From assembly GCA_009711825.1 (NCBI GenBank), contig VEMY01000009.1, forward strand, positions 14,283 to 78,282: a stretch of DNA of 64,000 nt, in the 5' to 3' direction. The position numbers and the translations under genes are program-made. The notes beneath the pieces are model-generated. The model had not been told where the DNA came from. It ran no database searches and saw nothing but the letters and a program-made list of their open reading frames with translations. Shown one piece after another: positions 41,053 through 50,538 of the stretch. Numbering within the stretch: the first letter of the stretch is position 1; the number at the start of each line of letters is the position of its first letter. The DNA is from Bacillota bacterium (GTDB taxonomy: Bacteria > Bacillota > Proteinivoracia > UBA4975 > VEMY01).

Positions 41053-41919
41053 TCAGATTACCGCTTCTAGCATACTGTATATGCCAATCATTATGTCGTA
41101 ACCACTGGTTGCTCCAATGCCAGCTACCTGGGCAGCTGACTCGGCCAAATCCTTTCCTTCAAAGATGTTTATCAGCAAATCTCTTACTGGTTCGGCGGCG
41201 AGTCCCTTCTGTCCCATGTGCAACATGTGAAACCCGAGGGTGGTAGTTTTGACGTCAAGGCCGCAAGGTAGTTCGTGGTAGATTGGGTCCAGAATGCCGG
41301 TTGCCCCGAGATAAGTCCGGGTTATCAAAGCTCCATGTATCATGTCGTCCGCTGTTGGGGTGGCGCCCACGCCCAGGCCTGCAAGACGCAAACAGGTTCG
41401 TTGGAATAAACCAACATCGCAATGCACCAATGCTTTGACCAGGCAGGGAAAGTGAAGAAGCAATTCCTGCTCAAAAGGACAGTTTGTGCTTGCGCCGGCC
41501 AGGGCAGAGCTGGCGGAGCGGGGCATGGAAACCAGTAAGTTTTTTAAAGAGTTTGTGCTGTCGCTGAGAATCGTCGGATCTGTTTTTAGACCGTTCGGTA
41601 TGCCAAAGTCGATTGCTGGCGTTGTTTCAAAATACATCTTTATCGAAGAGTTCACATTGTTAAATTCTATACATCCCTGTCCAACACGGCAGGATTGGTT
41701 ATCATCAAAATAGTTATATATTGTAGTAAAATCTTCGTGGGAGAGTCCCATAGCTGATGGACCTTTGTAGATCTGTGGCGACGAAATCATCACCAAATCC
41801 GGTGTGTCTCCAATGCGCAGATTAATTACTGTCTGGTGTCTGGAAACCGGGAAAAGCTCTTTGGTTTTCGTGAGTTCTAAATCGGTGGCCACCCATAAGG
41901 CTTCGACAGCGGATTTCAA
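41053..41919 (-). CDS. DUF2877 (YlbF-like) protein, paralog 2
   Basis: 288 aa. GLGVGATPTADDMIHGAL motif. TTG start 6 nt after AAGGAGTGA. Last gene of the second FdrA cluster. Confidence 0.55.
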   Translation of the reverse strand: MKSAVEALWVATDLELTKTKELFPVSRHQTVINLRIGDTPDLVMISSPQIYKGPSAMGLSHEDFTTIYNYFDDNQSCRVGQGCIEFNNVNSSIKMYFETTPAIDFGIPNGLKTDPTILSDSTNSLKNLLVSMPRSASSALAGASTNCPFEQELLLHFPCLVKALVHCDVGLFQRTCLRLAGLGVGATPTADDMIHGALITRTYLGATGILDPIYHELPCGLDVKTTTLGFHMLHMGQKGLAAEPVRDLLINIFEGKDLAESAAQVAGIGATSGYDIMIGIYSMLEAVI

Positions 41920-41946
41920 CGGGTTTCACTCCTTTGAATAGAAATA

Positions 41947-41979
41947 TTTAAGCGGCTGAATGTTATCAGCCGCTTAAAT
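41947..41979 (-). terminator. Hairpin between the permease and the DUF2877 gene
   Basis: TTAAGCGGCTGA-atgtta-TCAGCCGCTTAA. Confidence 0.55.
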
Positions 41980-41994
41980 TATACCATTGTTTGA

Positions 41995-43542
41995 CTAGCC
42001 GGCGATTTTGCTCTCTCCGCCTAAATCTTTCCGTTCTTTGGCCGATAAATAATATAGTCCGAAGAACAGTACAGACAGGAAGGCGTAGCCAATTGCCTGA
42101 TCGACAGCGGCACCGACACCAATCGCGTCGGCATGGACAAAACCGAAAAAGGAGAACACTGCGCCAGCCAAGGCATAGATTGCTGCGTGCTTAAACTTAT
42201 GGTCGATCACGTAAGCGGCAACTGATGCAATGACCATACTGGTGATAATTGCGCCGTTGCTGAGGATATTCATTCCGTTATAGAGGACGCTGGCGTTCTC
42301 TAGGGCGCCAATGCCAACTTCATAGGCGTTGGTCCCAGCAGCATTTAAGGCGTTATCTACCAGGTTGATGCCCCACATCGCAACCCAGGGGATAATTGCC
42401 AAAATAACGACCGGCGCGTGCTGTTTGGGTGTTGCCTGGAAGGCCTGGGCGCCCATTACCAAGCCAATGTAAAGCAGGATTGGCAAGACCGCCACCAGCG
42501 GAACCACATTAAGCAGGATTGGCACTACACCCAAGACACAGATTAGCAGCGAAGCGATACCGGTGGCAACCGAGTAACCGGCCCGGGCACCGATGTTCTT
42601 CCAGCCTGCATGACCAATGTAGACAGTGGTTGTGAACGGACTACCCAGCATGGCGCCGATCAATGTTCCTACACCATCAACAATCATACATTCTCTGGTG
42701 TCATACTCATCGCCGGCGGCAGCGGCGCTTTCGATGTTGTTCAATGTGGAGACTGCGTTGCCAATACCCAGTGGCAGTGCTACCGCCAGGTAGGGAGTAA
42801 TCCCCTTGAACCCTTCAATTACGTCCCCGAACCGGAACCAGGGCAGTGATACAGACATGTTGGATACTGATTCCACCAGGGGTTCCGGACGCATATACCC
42901 GGTGATCCAGCCGATGGCAGTACCGATGATGATAATTGCCAGACCGTGGGGGATGTTCCCCGGCAGTTTTTTGTTGGCCAGCCAGCCCAGAAGCACAAGG
43001 CCGAGACTGACAAAGGCGATGTAGGGAACTTCCCAAGTTTCAAAGGCTGGCCGCATTGCAATCAGGGTCAAAGATAACCCGGCTACAACACCAAGCATGG
43101 CAGCGCGAGGTGTGTGTTTGCGGACAAAAGGACCAATTGCGAAACCAAAAATCTCAATGAATGCTTCAATTACACACCAGGCAATACCCACCTGCCAGGC
43201 CAGAACCGGATTCCCGGTGCTCCAGAAAACAGGACCAATTATGAGGAAGGAAACGATAAACATGTGGCCAACAGTCGGGCCATAGGGCAGAGCGGTAACA
43301 TCATCACGTTTTTCCTTGTGGGCCAGTCTACGGGCAGCAAATCCATAGTACACGTTACCAATGATTAGTGCGACACCGACTGCAGGCATTACCCGTCCAA
43401 ATACGATGTTTGCGGGAATGCCTACGGCAAAGAGTAATAATCCGGACATAACCATCAGGTTGGTGATAATGTTGGTGAACAGGCCGAAAAATCCGTTCCA
43501 GTCACCTCGTGTCCACCAGGAGAAATACGTCTGTTCTTTCAC
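41995..43542 (-). CDS. Xanthine/uracil/vitamin-C-permease-superfamily (NCS2/AzgA-like) transporter
   Basis: 515 aa polytopic protein. N-terminus FSWWTRGDWNGFFGLFTNIITNLMV is reminiscent of the AGZA-type branch. GTG start 9 nt after AAGGAGG. Confidence 0.65.
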   Translation of the reverse strand: MKEQTYFSWWTRGDWNGFFGLFTNIITNLMVMSGLLLFAVGIPANIVFGRVMPAVGVALIIGNVYYGFAARRLAHKEKRDDVTALPYGPTVGHMFIVSFLIIGPVFWSTGNPVLAWQVGIAWCVIEAFIEIFGFAIGPFVRKHTPRAAMLGVVAGLSLTLIAMRPAFETWEVPYIAFVSLGLVLLGWLANKKLPGNIPHGLAIIIIGTAIGWITGYMRPEPLVESVSNMSVSLPWFRFGDVIEGFKGITPYLAVALPLGIGNAVSTLNNIESAAAAGDEYDTRECMIVDGVGTLIGAMLGSPFTTTVYIGHAGWKNIGARAGYSVATGIASLLICVLGVVPILLNVVPLVAVLPILLYIGLVMGAQAFQATPKQHAPVVILAIIPWVAMWGINLVDNALNAAGTNAYEVGIGALENASVLYNGMNILSNGAIITSMVIASVAAYVIDHKFKHAAIYALAGAVFSFFGFVHADAIGVGAAVDQAIGYAFLSVLFFGLYYLSAKERKDLGGESKIAG

Positions 43543-43663
43543 AGCGATTTGCCTCCTTATTCCTATAATTTTGTATTACTTTTAATATTTGACACCATAC
43601 CAGCCACTGAGTCAGCCGGGGTGATCAAGCCCGGCGCTGGTGGCCGTCGTCAAATAGAAAAGC

Positions 43664-45073
43664 CTAAACCGAACTGTGTAATGCCTTCAGGGCTGTGACA
43701 AAGCATTCCAAGGGGATTTCCGTAATTCCGGCCCCGACAATACCATGGCCCGGTTCGCGATGGGCGATGCCGGTATTGATTTTCGGGTGAATGCCCGTTT
43801 CCACAACCTTGCGGATATCTATACCGGTGGGGGCGCCGATAAAGTCCAGGGCAGGGATGGTGTACGCCTTATTTTCAGCATGAGTTATTTCCGCCATGGA
43901 CTTTGTAAAGCCAATTGCTTCTGAGAGCTTACCGCCAACCAACTTGACCATTGCTGGCGCCGCTGCCATTGCGAAGGCGCCGATGCCGCATGTCTCGGTG
44001 ATGGTGCTGTCTCCTATGTCTGGGTTGGCATCTTCCTTGGTAAATGGTGGGAACATTATCCCTCGAACGGGCGGGGCTGGTGCGGTAAACCATTGGTCAC
44101 CCAATCCACTGACCCGGACACCTGCTTCCACCCCATTCCGCGCCATCGCAGTGACGATGGTGCTCATTGGGATTCCATGGCCCGCGTCTAGGGTTGCTTT
44201 GCAAGCGGCCATAGAAAAGTTGAGGAAAAACCAGTCATTATGCTGCATGTAGTCTGCCAACTGGGCCAAATGTTCGCCTGGTCTCTCCAGCCTAGTCAGG
44301 AAGGGCATAATCTCCCGCAGGAGCAGCGATGTTGAGGCGACATGCCTGTTATGGCATTCATCACCCATGTGCAAAGCGCGGGCTGTAATTGCTTTGAGAT
44401 CGATGCCGCCGCTCTTGCGCACTGCTTCGCCCAGCATCGGCCCCATTACATCCCGCTGCCAGGCCAGGATATCCTGGACGTCAGAGTCAAAGGCGCCGAA
44501 GCTTAAGGCCTTACGGTTTTTCTCGCTATTGAAATTGCTATACGCCCGGTTGCCATCGGTGCGGTTCTCAACTACCATAATAGGCATTGATGCGGTAATT
44601 ACACCGGACATAGGGCCAACGGTATTGAAATGGTGACAGGGAGAAAAGTTCAGCACACCGGAAGCCGCCAGGGCCATCGCTTCATCCTTGTCCTTGGCCC
44701 GGCCCTCAAAAATCAGGGCACCGATGACCGCACCCTTCATCGGGCCACACATATTCTCCCAGCTAACCGGCGGGCCGGCATGGAGGACTGTGTCCGGGGT
44801 AAACCCGGGTATTACATCCAGTGCTGGTCCCACATCAATCCAGACGGGCTGGGCGTTTAGTATTTTCTCCAGGGCTTTGTCATTGGCCTCCTGAATCGCC
44901 TCGTAGTGGTCCTCCAGGGCCAGCAGAATACTATTTAATTCCTGGTCTCCCTGGGCGGGTGGGCGCCAATCCACCTGAACACTGTCTGAACCGGCTGATT
45001 TCACTGTTTCCCCAAAGCTGTCCACACCGACGTTGACGACCTTTGGCTTGGACCCTAAAAGCTTGTCAGACAT
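43664..45073 (-). CDS. DUF1116 (YlbE-like) protein, paralog 2
   Basis: 469 aa from ATG 45073 (AAGGAG 8 nt upstream). Collinear with 4264-5682. Confidence 0.8.
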   Translation of the reverse strand: MSDKLLGSKPKVVNVGVDSFGETVKSAGSDSVQVDWRPPAQGDQELNSILLALEDHYEAIQEANDKALEKILNAQPVWIDVGPALDVIPGFTPDTVLHAGPPVSWENMCGPMKGAVIGALIFEGRAKDKDEAMALAASGVLNFSPCHHFNTVGPMSGVITASMPIMVVENRTDGNRAYSNFNSEKNRKALSFGAFDSDVQDILAWQRDVMGPMLGEAVRKSGGIDLKAITARALHMGDECHNRHVASTSLLLREIMPFLTRLERPGEHLAQLADYMQHNDWFFLNFSMAACKATLDAGHGIPMSTIVTAMARNGVEAGVRVSGLGDQWFTAPAPPVRGIMFPPFTKEDANPDIGDSTITETCGIGAFAMAAAPAMVKLVGGKLSEAIGFTKSMAEITHAENKAYTIPALDFIGAPTGIDIRKVVETGIHPKINTGIAHREPGHGIVGAGITEIPLECFVTALKALHSSV

Positions 45074-45074
45074 C

Positions 45075-46625
45075 TCAATCACTCCTTTCCAATATTTCGC
45101 TAATTATTCTCCCAGCTACTTGAGCAGCGTACGCGTTGGAAGGTAGCACCAGCACTCCAGCGTCAGTTAGCAAAGATTCTTGAGCAGAGAGCACCTGGGG
45201 ATCTTTCTCGGTCCCACAGACTGATGCCACAACAGTCACACTTTCACCATACTGTTCCCGGGCCTTTTTAACTGCTTCAGCAAGAGGCGCGGCAGGATTT
45301 GGATGGGAGCCGTGGCCTAAGACAACATCGCAGAGAATTACCGCCACCTCGGGGTCTGCCCATTCTTGCAACAATTGCTCTGCCCGGAAACTGGGATCAA
45401 TCATGGGGTGGGGCCGGCCAAGGGTATACTGGTCATCACCCAAATCTAATAGCACATGTCCAGATGTATTTTGAAAGTCAGTGATTCTCAGCTCGGGGTT
45501 ATGATGAATATTGGAATATATGGGAGACAGGTTCTCGCCCAGTATCAGCAGGGCTTCGTCCGCCAAACTGCCGCCGGTGTAGAGCCCGCGGATATATCTT
45601 CTTTTTCCTGTAAGGTTTTTGGCGCTCGCCGCTAAAATTTTCGAAATGTTGTCACGGCTGAACGCATTCATTTCAGGCACTGCGTCCTTTCCTGACTCAA
45701 GAGCGACGGCCATCGCCGCGGCCTCTTCAAGGTTGGCTGCAGCATAGCTGGCGCCGGAAACGAGCTCAGGGTCACCGCCCAAGAAGGCCAGGACCACCGG
45801 TTTAGTGCAGGATTTAACTCGCTCGACGATCATTTTCCCGGTGTTGGCGCCAGGTGGCTTGGAAACCAGAACGATTACCTTGGTCTGTGGATCAGACTCT
45901 AGATAATCTAATCCCATGCCGACAGTAATCCCCCCTACCTCATCGGAGAGGTCGCGCCCACCGGTGCCGATTGCGTGAGATATACCTGAGCCAAGGCGAT
46001 CAATCAAGACTGTTACTTGTTGGATCCCGGTCCCGGAGGCCCCGACAATCCCAATAGCTCCAGATGCTACTTCGTTGGCAAAACAAACTGGCACGCCACC
46101 GATGATCGATGTTCCGCAGTCCGGTCCCATTACCAAAAGTCCTAACCGTTGTCCAAGCTTTTTAAGCCGAACCTCCTGTTCAACAGGCACATTGTCACTA
46201 AAAATGTGGACATTCATGCCCGAGCGCAAGGCTTTAAAGGCTTCCAGGGCTGCATATTCACCCGGCACTGAAATCAGGGCCAGATTTGCCCCCGATAAAG
46301 TCTTTTCTGCCTCGCCAAGCGAGCGGAGGCCGACATCTTGAGCTCCTTCGGTTTGGCCGTGCTCGTCCAACAGGGCCTGGTAGCGGTCCAAAGCCGCATC
46401 CGCCTGCTCTTTAGTTTCAGCCTCGACCAGAAAAAGCACGTCGTTTGGACCGGCGGCTTCCAAATCTGCCAAGTTGAATCCGCCTCGCACCAGGGTCGCT
46501 TTGTTGTTTTCTGTACCCATGATTGCTGCTGCGCGGGAAATACCTGGCAAGTTTTTTACTTGCTCTGTCAGCTGCATTAACTTTACCGAATCCTGGTATG
46601 TGTTCTTTCGAACAACTACATGCAT
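45075..46625 (-). CDS. fdrA: FdrA-family protein, paralog 2
   Basis: MHVVVRKNTYQDSVKLM start (or TTG at 46631). GPDCGTSIIGG, GIVGASGTGIQQV, GTGGRD and LGDDQYTLGRPHPMIDP blocks. The ORF-track N-terminal extension has no RBS support. Confidence 0.85.
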   Translation of the reverse strand: MHVVVRKNTYQDSVKLMQLTEQVKNLPGISRAAAIMGTENNKATLVRGGFNLADLEAAGPNDVLFLVEAETKEQADAALDRYQALLDEHGQTEGAQDVGLRSLGEAEKTLSGANLALISVPGEYAALEAFKALRSGMNVHIFSDNVPVEQEVRLKKLGQRLGLLVMGPDCGTSIIGGVPVCFANEVASGAIGIVGASGTGIQQVTVLIDRLGSGISHAIGTGGRDLSDEVGGITVGMGLDYLESDPQTKVIVLVSKPPGANTGKMIVERVKSCTKPVVLAFLGGDPELVSGASYAAANLEEAAAMAVALESGKDAVPEMNAFSRDNISKILAASAKNLTGKRRYIRGLYTGGSLADEALLILGENLSPIYSNIHHNPELRITDFQNTSGHVLLDLGDDQYTLGRPHPMIDPSFRAEQLLQEWADPEVAVILCDVVLGHGSHPNPAAPLAEAVKKAREQYGESVTVVASVCGTEKDPQVLSAQESLLTDAGVLVLPSNAYAAQVAGRIISEILERSD

Positions 46626-46710
46626 CGCCAAATTCAACACTCCTTTCCCAAGAATAAACCTGTTGCTAAAATTGTAACAAAAACTTAACTTGACAAGATA
46701 TATCTCCCGG

Positions 46711-46738
46711 TGCCAAAAAAAGAACCGCTTTTTTGGCA
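46711..46738. promoter_or_regulatory. Perfect A/T-rich inverted repeat between pucR2 and fdrA2 (terminator or operator)
   Basis: TGCCAAAAAA-agaaccgc-TTTTTTGGCA, about 85-110 nt upstream of the fdrA2 start. Confidence 0.4.
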
Positions 46739-46791
46739 CATACAGACAAAAAAAGGGCGACTAGTGCCCAAGATTTTGTAACTATTATTCT

Positions 46792-48405
46792 CTATTTACG
46801 ATTTAGTTGTTTAATCATCAAGGCTAATTGTAAGTTCAACCGACCTTCAGATGTGCCCAAGTCTTCACCGGTAATCTCCTGTATCTTGTTGACCCGGTAG
46901 CGCAGGGTGTTGTAATGAACATACATTGAACGGGATGCTTCCCGCAGATTGCCGTTATGGCTCAGCAGGGCTGACAGGGTTTTAATTAGGTCATCATGTA
47001 AGCTCAGCTCACCAAGCAATTCAGTTGCAAAACGCTCCAGCTCCGGGTTTTTCCGATTGGAGGCAAGCAATCTATAGGCACCCAGGTCATCAAAGAAAGT
47101 AATTCTGCCAGAACCCTTAATCATTTTCCCAAGCTCCAGGGCCTGGGAGGCTTGTTTGTAACTGCCCTTGAGGACCATAACATCTTCCGCTTGCCTGCCC
47201 ACCCCGGCAGAAATAGTAACATTGTCTTTTAATCCCTGTTGCATCTTTAAAATCAGGTCCATTATCTGCTGTTTCGGGGAATCACTGGCGGGTTTAGTCA
47301 GCACCAACATGCGCGTGCCCATCTCCACCCCAATTGATCCGGGCGCATAAGACTTGATCGCTTCACTAACCAGGCCCCTGAGGTTTCCCAATATCCGGGC
47401 GGACTGGTGAGTGCCCTGAATCAGGGTGTCAAAATCATCGATTTCTATCAGTAGCGGGACAAAGCCTCCAGACAAGTCCCAGCCATACTTTTCCCCCCGG
47501 GACAGCACTTCTGTTTTTGACGCTAACCTGCCAAAAACAAGCTCCTCCATAAAATGGCTGCGAAACCGCCGCTCAACTTCATTAACTGCCCGCAGCTTGG
47601 CTGTTTCCAGGGCAACAATGGTTGCAGCCTGCTCTATAACGTTAAGCTCACATTCTGCTCCCGGCTGGAGCCAGATTCCGAGAATCGCATAATCCTCTCG
47701 GGCAACAGTGACCGGATGCGCCAAAAACTCCAATGCGCTCCCCTGATTATCAACTTTAAATCTGCCTCTCCTGTTCGCAGCTAAACGTTGCAGGTAATCA
47801 GGTTGGCCCGCCAGGTCAGAAGCTAACTCAACCCAGTCGTAACCGGCAAGTTCACCGCCATCAAAGGCCAGCAGGCGCCAACTGGTGGAGTGAACAGAAA
47901 CCGGGGTCTCGAGGATAACTGCGAGCATATGGGCAACTTCACAGATGCTTCCTCCACCAAGCACTATGTCGGTAAATTTTTGATGAATTTCTTCGTTTCG
48001 TTGCAAAATCCGCGTTTGCCTGTTGAGGATTTCTCCGAGAACAGGGTTGAGGATATCATTAAACGACGCATCCCGAGGCAGGCAAATTATTGGAAAGTCC
48101 GCTTCATTTGCCTGCTCAATCATAAGTTTGGGAACAGCGTTATCATAGAACACAGGCTTAATTGCTAGGGCTGCCACGCCATGCTTAACCAATGTGGGAA
48201 TCAAGGTTTCTTGGGCATCTTTATCAGTTCTAATTGGGTAGGTGGTGGTCACCAATAATTCGTCTCGCTTGATAAAGCGCTTAATATCTGGGACCTCCAT
48301 AATATTAACAGACTTAATCAGCCGGTGCCTGCCGTTTTTGCCTGCCACGAGTGTAGCGTTTTTGAGGGCCTCCATCTGCATTGCTTCCGCAACTGTAATC
48401 CTCAT
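46792..48405 (-). CDS. PucR-family transcriptional regulator, paralog 2
   Basis: C-terminal LIKTLSALLSHNGNLREASRSMYVHYNTLRYRVNKIQEITG PucR HTH. ATG at 48405 lies 8 nt after CAGGAGG. Confidence 0.85.
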   Translation of the reverse strand: MRITVAEAMQMEALKNATLVAGKNGRHRLIKSVNIMEVPDIKRFIKRDELLVTTTYPIRTDKDAQETLIPTLVKHGVAALAIKPVFYDNAVPKLMIEQANEADFPIICLPRDASFNDILNPVLGEILNRQTRILQRNEEIHQKFTDIVLGGGSICEVAHMLAVILETPVSVHSTSWRLLAFDGGELAGYDWVELASDLAGQPDYLQRLAANRRGRFKVDNQGSALEFLAHPVTVAREDYAILGIWLQPGAECELNVIEQAATIVALETAKLRAVNEVERRFRSHFMEELVFGRLASKTEVLSRGEKYGWDLSGGFVPLLIEIDDFDTLIQGTHQSARILGNLRGLVSEAIKSYAPGSIGVEMGTRMLVLTKPASDSPKQQIMDLILKMQQGLKDNVTISAGVGRQAEDVMVLKGSYKQASQALELGKMIKGSGRITFFDDLGAYRLLASNRKNPELERFATELLGELSLHDDLIKTLSALLSHNGNLREASRSMYVHYNTLRYRVNKIQEITGEDLGTSEGRLNLQLALMIKQLNRK

Positions 48406-48637
48406 TGCCTGCACCTCCTGAACATGTTAGGGTAAATATTCTAGCTAAATAGTGTTTATCCTGCCCGGCTTTTCGCACACATTTTGGAAGCCTACAAAAT
48501 TAACGGATTAAATTTTTACATAAGCCAAGCTCTCCAAAGCTCTAGAACAATCTGAGTAAAGGGTTAGCGATAACTACGTTGAATAGTAATAATAGTGCAG
48601 AAACTTCGCGTAAAAAGAATACTCGGTGGAGGTGACA

Positions 48638-50251
48638 ATGCTGAAGCGATTTCTTGGTGTAACTGTTTCCCTGTTGCTCCTATTTACAATGGTCGGCTGC
48701 AAGGGCTATGAAGGCAGCACAGATACTGTCAACAGTGTCCAGCTCACTGACGACGGCGGCTATATCCTCGCCGGAGATACTGTCTACCGCAATCAGGGGC
48801 GGGAGGCCCTAATTATTAAGACTGATGCGGATGGCAATGTGGAGTGGCGCCTTAATTTTGCGGGCCTTGGTCTCGCTATCGCCCGTGACGTTCAACAGGC
48901 GGACGATGGCGGCTACATCGTGGTGGGAACTACACAGCTTTCTGAAGCAAGCAATAATGATGTTCTGCTTGCCAAGGTGGACGCCCAGGGAGATAAGGAG
49001 TGGTTCCAGACCTATGGTGGCGACGGAGCTGACTATGCTTACTCTGTGCAACAAACCCCCGACGGGGGCTATGTTTTGGCTGGTAGCACCAATTCTTTGG
49101 GCACCGGCAATACTGATGCCTGGCTGATCAAGACCGACGCCGGGGGGGAAGAGGAGTGGTCCCAAACCTACGGTGGCCCAGAAAGAGATTACGCCAGCTC
49201 ACTGCATATCTCTCCCGACGGCGGCTATATCCTGGCCGGAACTGCGACCAAGGATAGTGTCAACGGGTGGTTAGTCAAGACCGATGTCCGGGGCAATAAA
49301 GAGTGGGACCAAAGCTATGGCGGCGACGAAAATGACTATATCCTCTCCATGCAGGCTACCGCAGACGGCGGCTATGTCCTGGCAGGCAGCTCGTGGTCTC
49401 TGGGCGACGATTATTCTGCCGGCTGGTTAGTAAAGACTGACGCCCAGGGGAATGAAGAGTGGGGCCAAAGCTTTGGCGGAAATGCAGGGGATGTGTTCAC
49501 CGATGTCCGCCAAACCCGAGATGGGGGATATATTATCTCGGGCGATACCCGCTCTTATGCAACTGAGGACGCATATGTCGTCGGTTGGTTGGTGAAGACC
49601 GATGCCGGAGGTAATGAGGAATGGTCGCGAACTTTCGAGGAACCCCTGCTGAGCTTTATTTATGCAGTCCGGGAACTTCCGGGAGATGGCTATATTCTCG
49701 TCGGTACAGACCACAGCACCAGCCTGGCGACCAGCTATTTGCTGAAGGTAGACCCTCAGGGGGATGTGGAATGGTTCCAGACCTTTGAAGGCGCCGCAGG
49801 TGTAGCCGATACAATTCTGTTGCTTGCCCTGCTCTTAACTGTGCTGTTGTTTAGCGCGCTCTACTTCCTTACTTACTATCGGGACATGGAACAGAGGGGG
49901 GAACGTAAACTAATCTGGCTGCTCAAATTCTTGTTCCTCGGCCCCATCGCCGCCGCCTGGTATAAGGTGTACCGCAAGCAGGAGGCGGAAACGGATCAGG
50001 GAAGCAATATTTATCGGTTGGCCAAGGGTTTTCTCTTGCCCTGGAGCTTGTATGTGTTGGCGCTACCGGCCTTGCTCTTTGGGATAATTGTGCTCTTTGA
50101 CACCTCGGTGGGCGTGGAGCATATCGGCGAGTCGGCCTTCTGGGGCGTAGTAGTCTACATGCTTTATATCTTGCCATTCTGGGTGCTTTCGTTAATTGTC
50201 CCGATTGCTGTCATGATGTTTAGCAGGGGGCCAAAGAAAACAAAATTGTAG
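48638..50251 (+). CDS. Lipoprotein-signal protein with seven tandem about 52-aa repeats (beta-propeller-like) and a C-terminal 4-TM domain
   Basis: Lipobox LLFTMVGC. Seven DGGY(I/V)LAG...WL(V/I)KTD..GNEEW.Q.(Y/F)GG units. Four hydrophobic helices after aa 390. Confidence 0.65.
   Translation: MLKRFLGVTVSLLLLFTMVGCKGYEGSTDTVNSVQLTDDGGYILAGDTVYRNQGREALIIKTDADGNVEWRLNFAGLGLAIARDVQQADDGGYIVVGTTQLSEASNNDVLLAKVDAQGDKEWFQTYGGDGADYAYSVQQTPDGGYVLAGSTNSLGTGNTDAWLIKTDAGGEEEWSQTYGGPERDYASSLHISPDGGYILAGTATKDSVNGWLVKTDVRGNKEWDQSYGGDENDYILSMQATADGGYVLAGSSWSLGDDYSAGWLVKTDAQGNEEWGQSFGGNAGDVFTDVRQTRDGGYIISGDTRSYATEDAYVVGWLVKTDAGGNEEWSRTFEEPLLSFIYAVRELPGDGYILVGTDHSTSLATSYLLKVDPQGDVEWFQTFEGAAGVADTILLLALLLTVLLFSALYFLTYYRDMEQRGERKLIWLLKFLFLGPIAAAWYKVYRKQEAETDQGSNIYRLAKGFLLPWSLYVLALPALLFGIIVLFDTSVGVEHIGESAFWGVVVYMLYILPFWVLSLIVPIAVMMFSRGPKKTKL
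48737..49792 (+). repeat. Intragenic tandem repeat, 7 units of about 155 nt
   Basis: GGY tripeptides recur at aa 44, 95, 147, 199, 248, 300 and 355 (spacing 49-55 aa). Confidence 0.8.
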
Positions 50252-50257
50252 ATGAAG

Positions 50258-50288
50258 ACACCCCCAACCACAGCGGTTGGGGGTGTTT
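50258..50288 (+). terminator. Rho-independent terminator
   Basis: ACACCCCCAACC-acagc-GGTTGGGGGTGT followed by TT. Confidence 0.65.
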
Positions 50289-50538
50289 AGATGGTGGTAC
50301 TAATGCCATGTAGCAACTAGCTTGCGGATGAACAAGACGCCCGTAGAACTATCATGCAATACAGCTTATGCTGCGAAGAAAGCGTAAAGAATTTGCTTGG
50401 CTGCCCGGGAAATGATGGGAAATAATCCCTGCAGCAAGACACCAATAATGAAATTCTGCTCATATAGCAAGAAAAGTATAACCTCCCGGTAGCCTGTGGG
50501 TCATAATATAAGCAGGCTTATCAATGGGGGGAGATATA

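Noticed and set aside
46725-46745. TTGGCAC, resembling the -24 element of a sigma-54 promoter near the PucR-regulated cluster.
   Set aside because: No TGC(A/T) -12 element at the correct spacing on either strand. PucR-type regulators are not enhancer-binding proteins.
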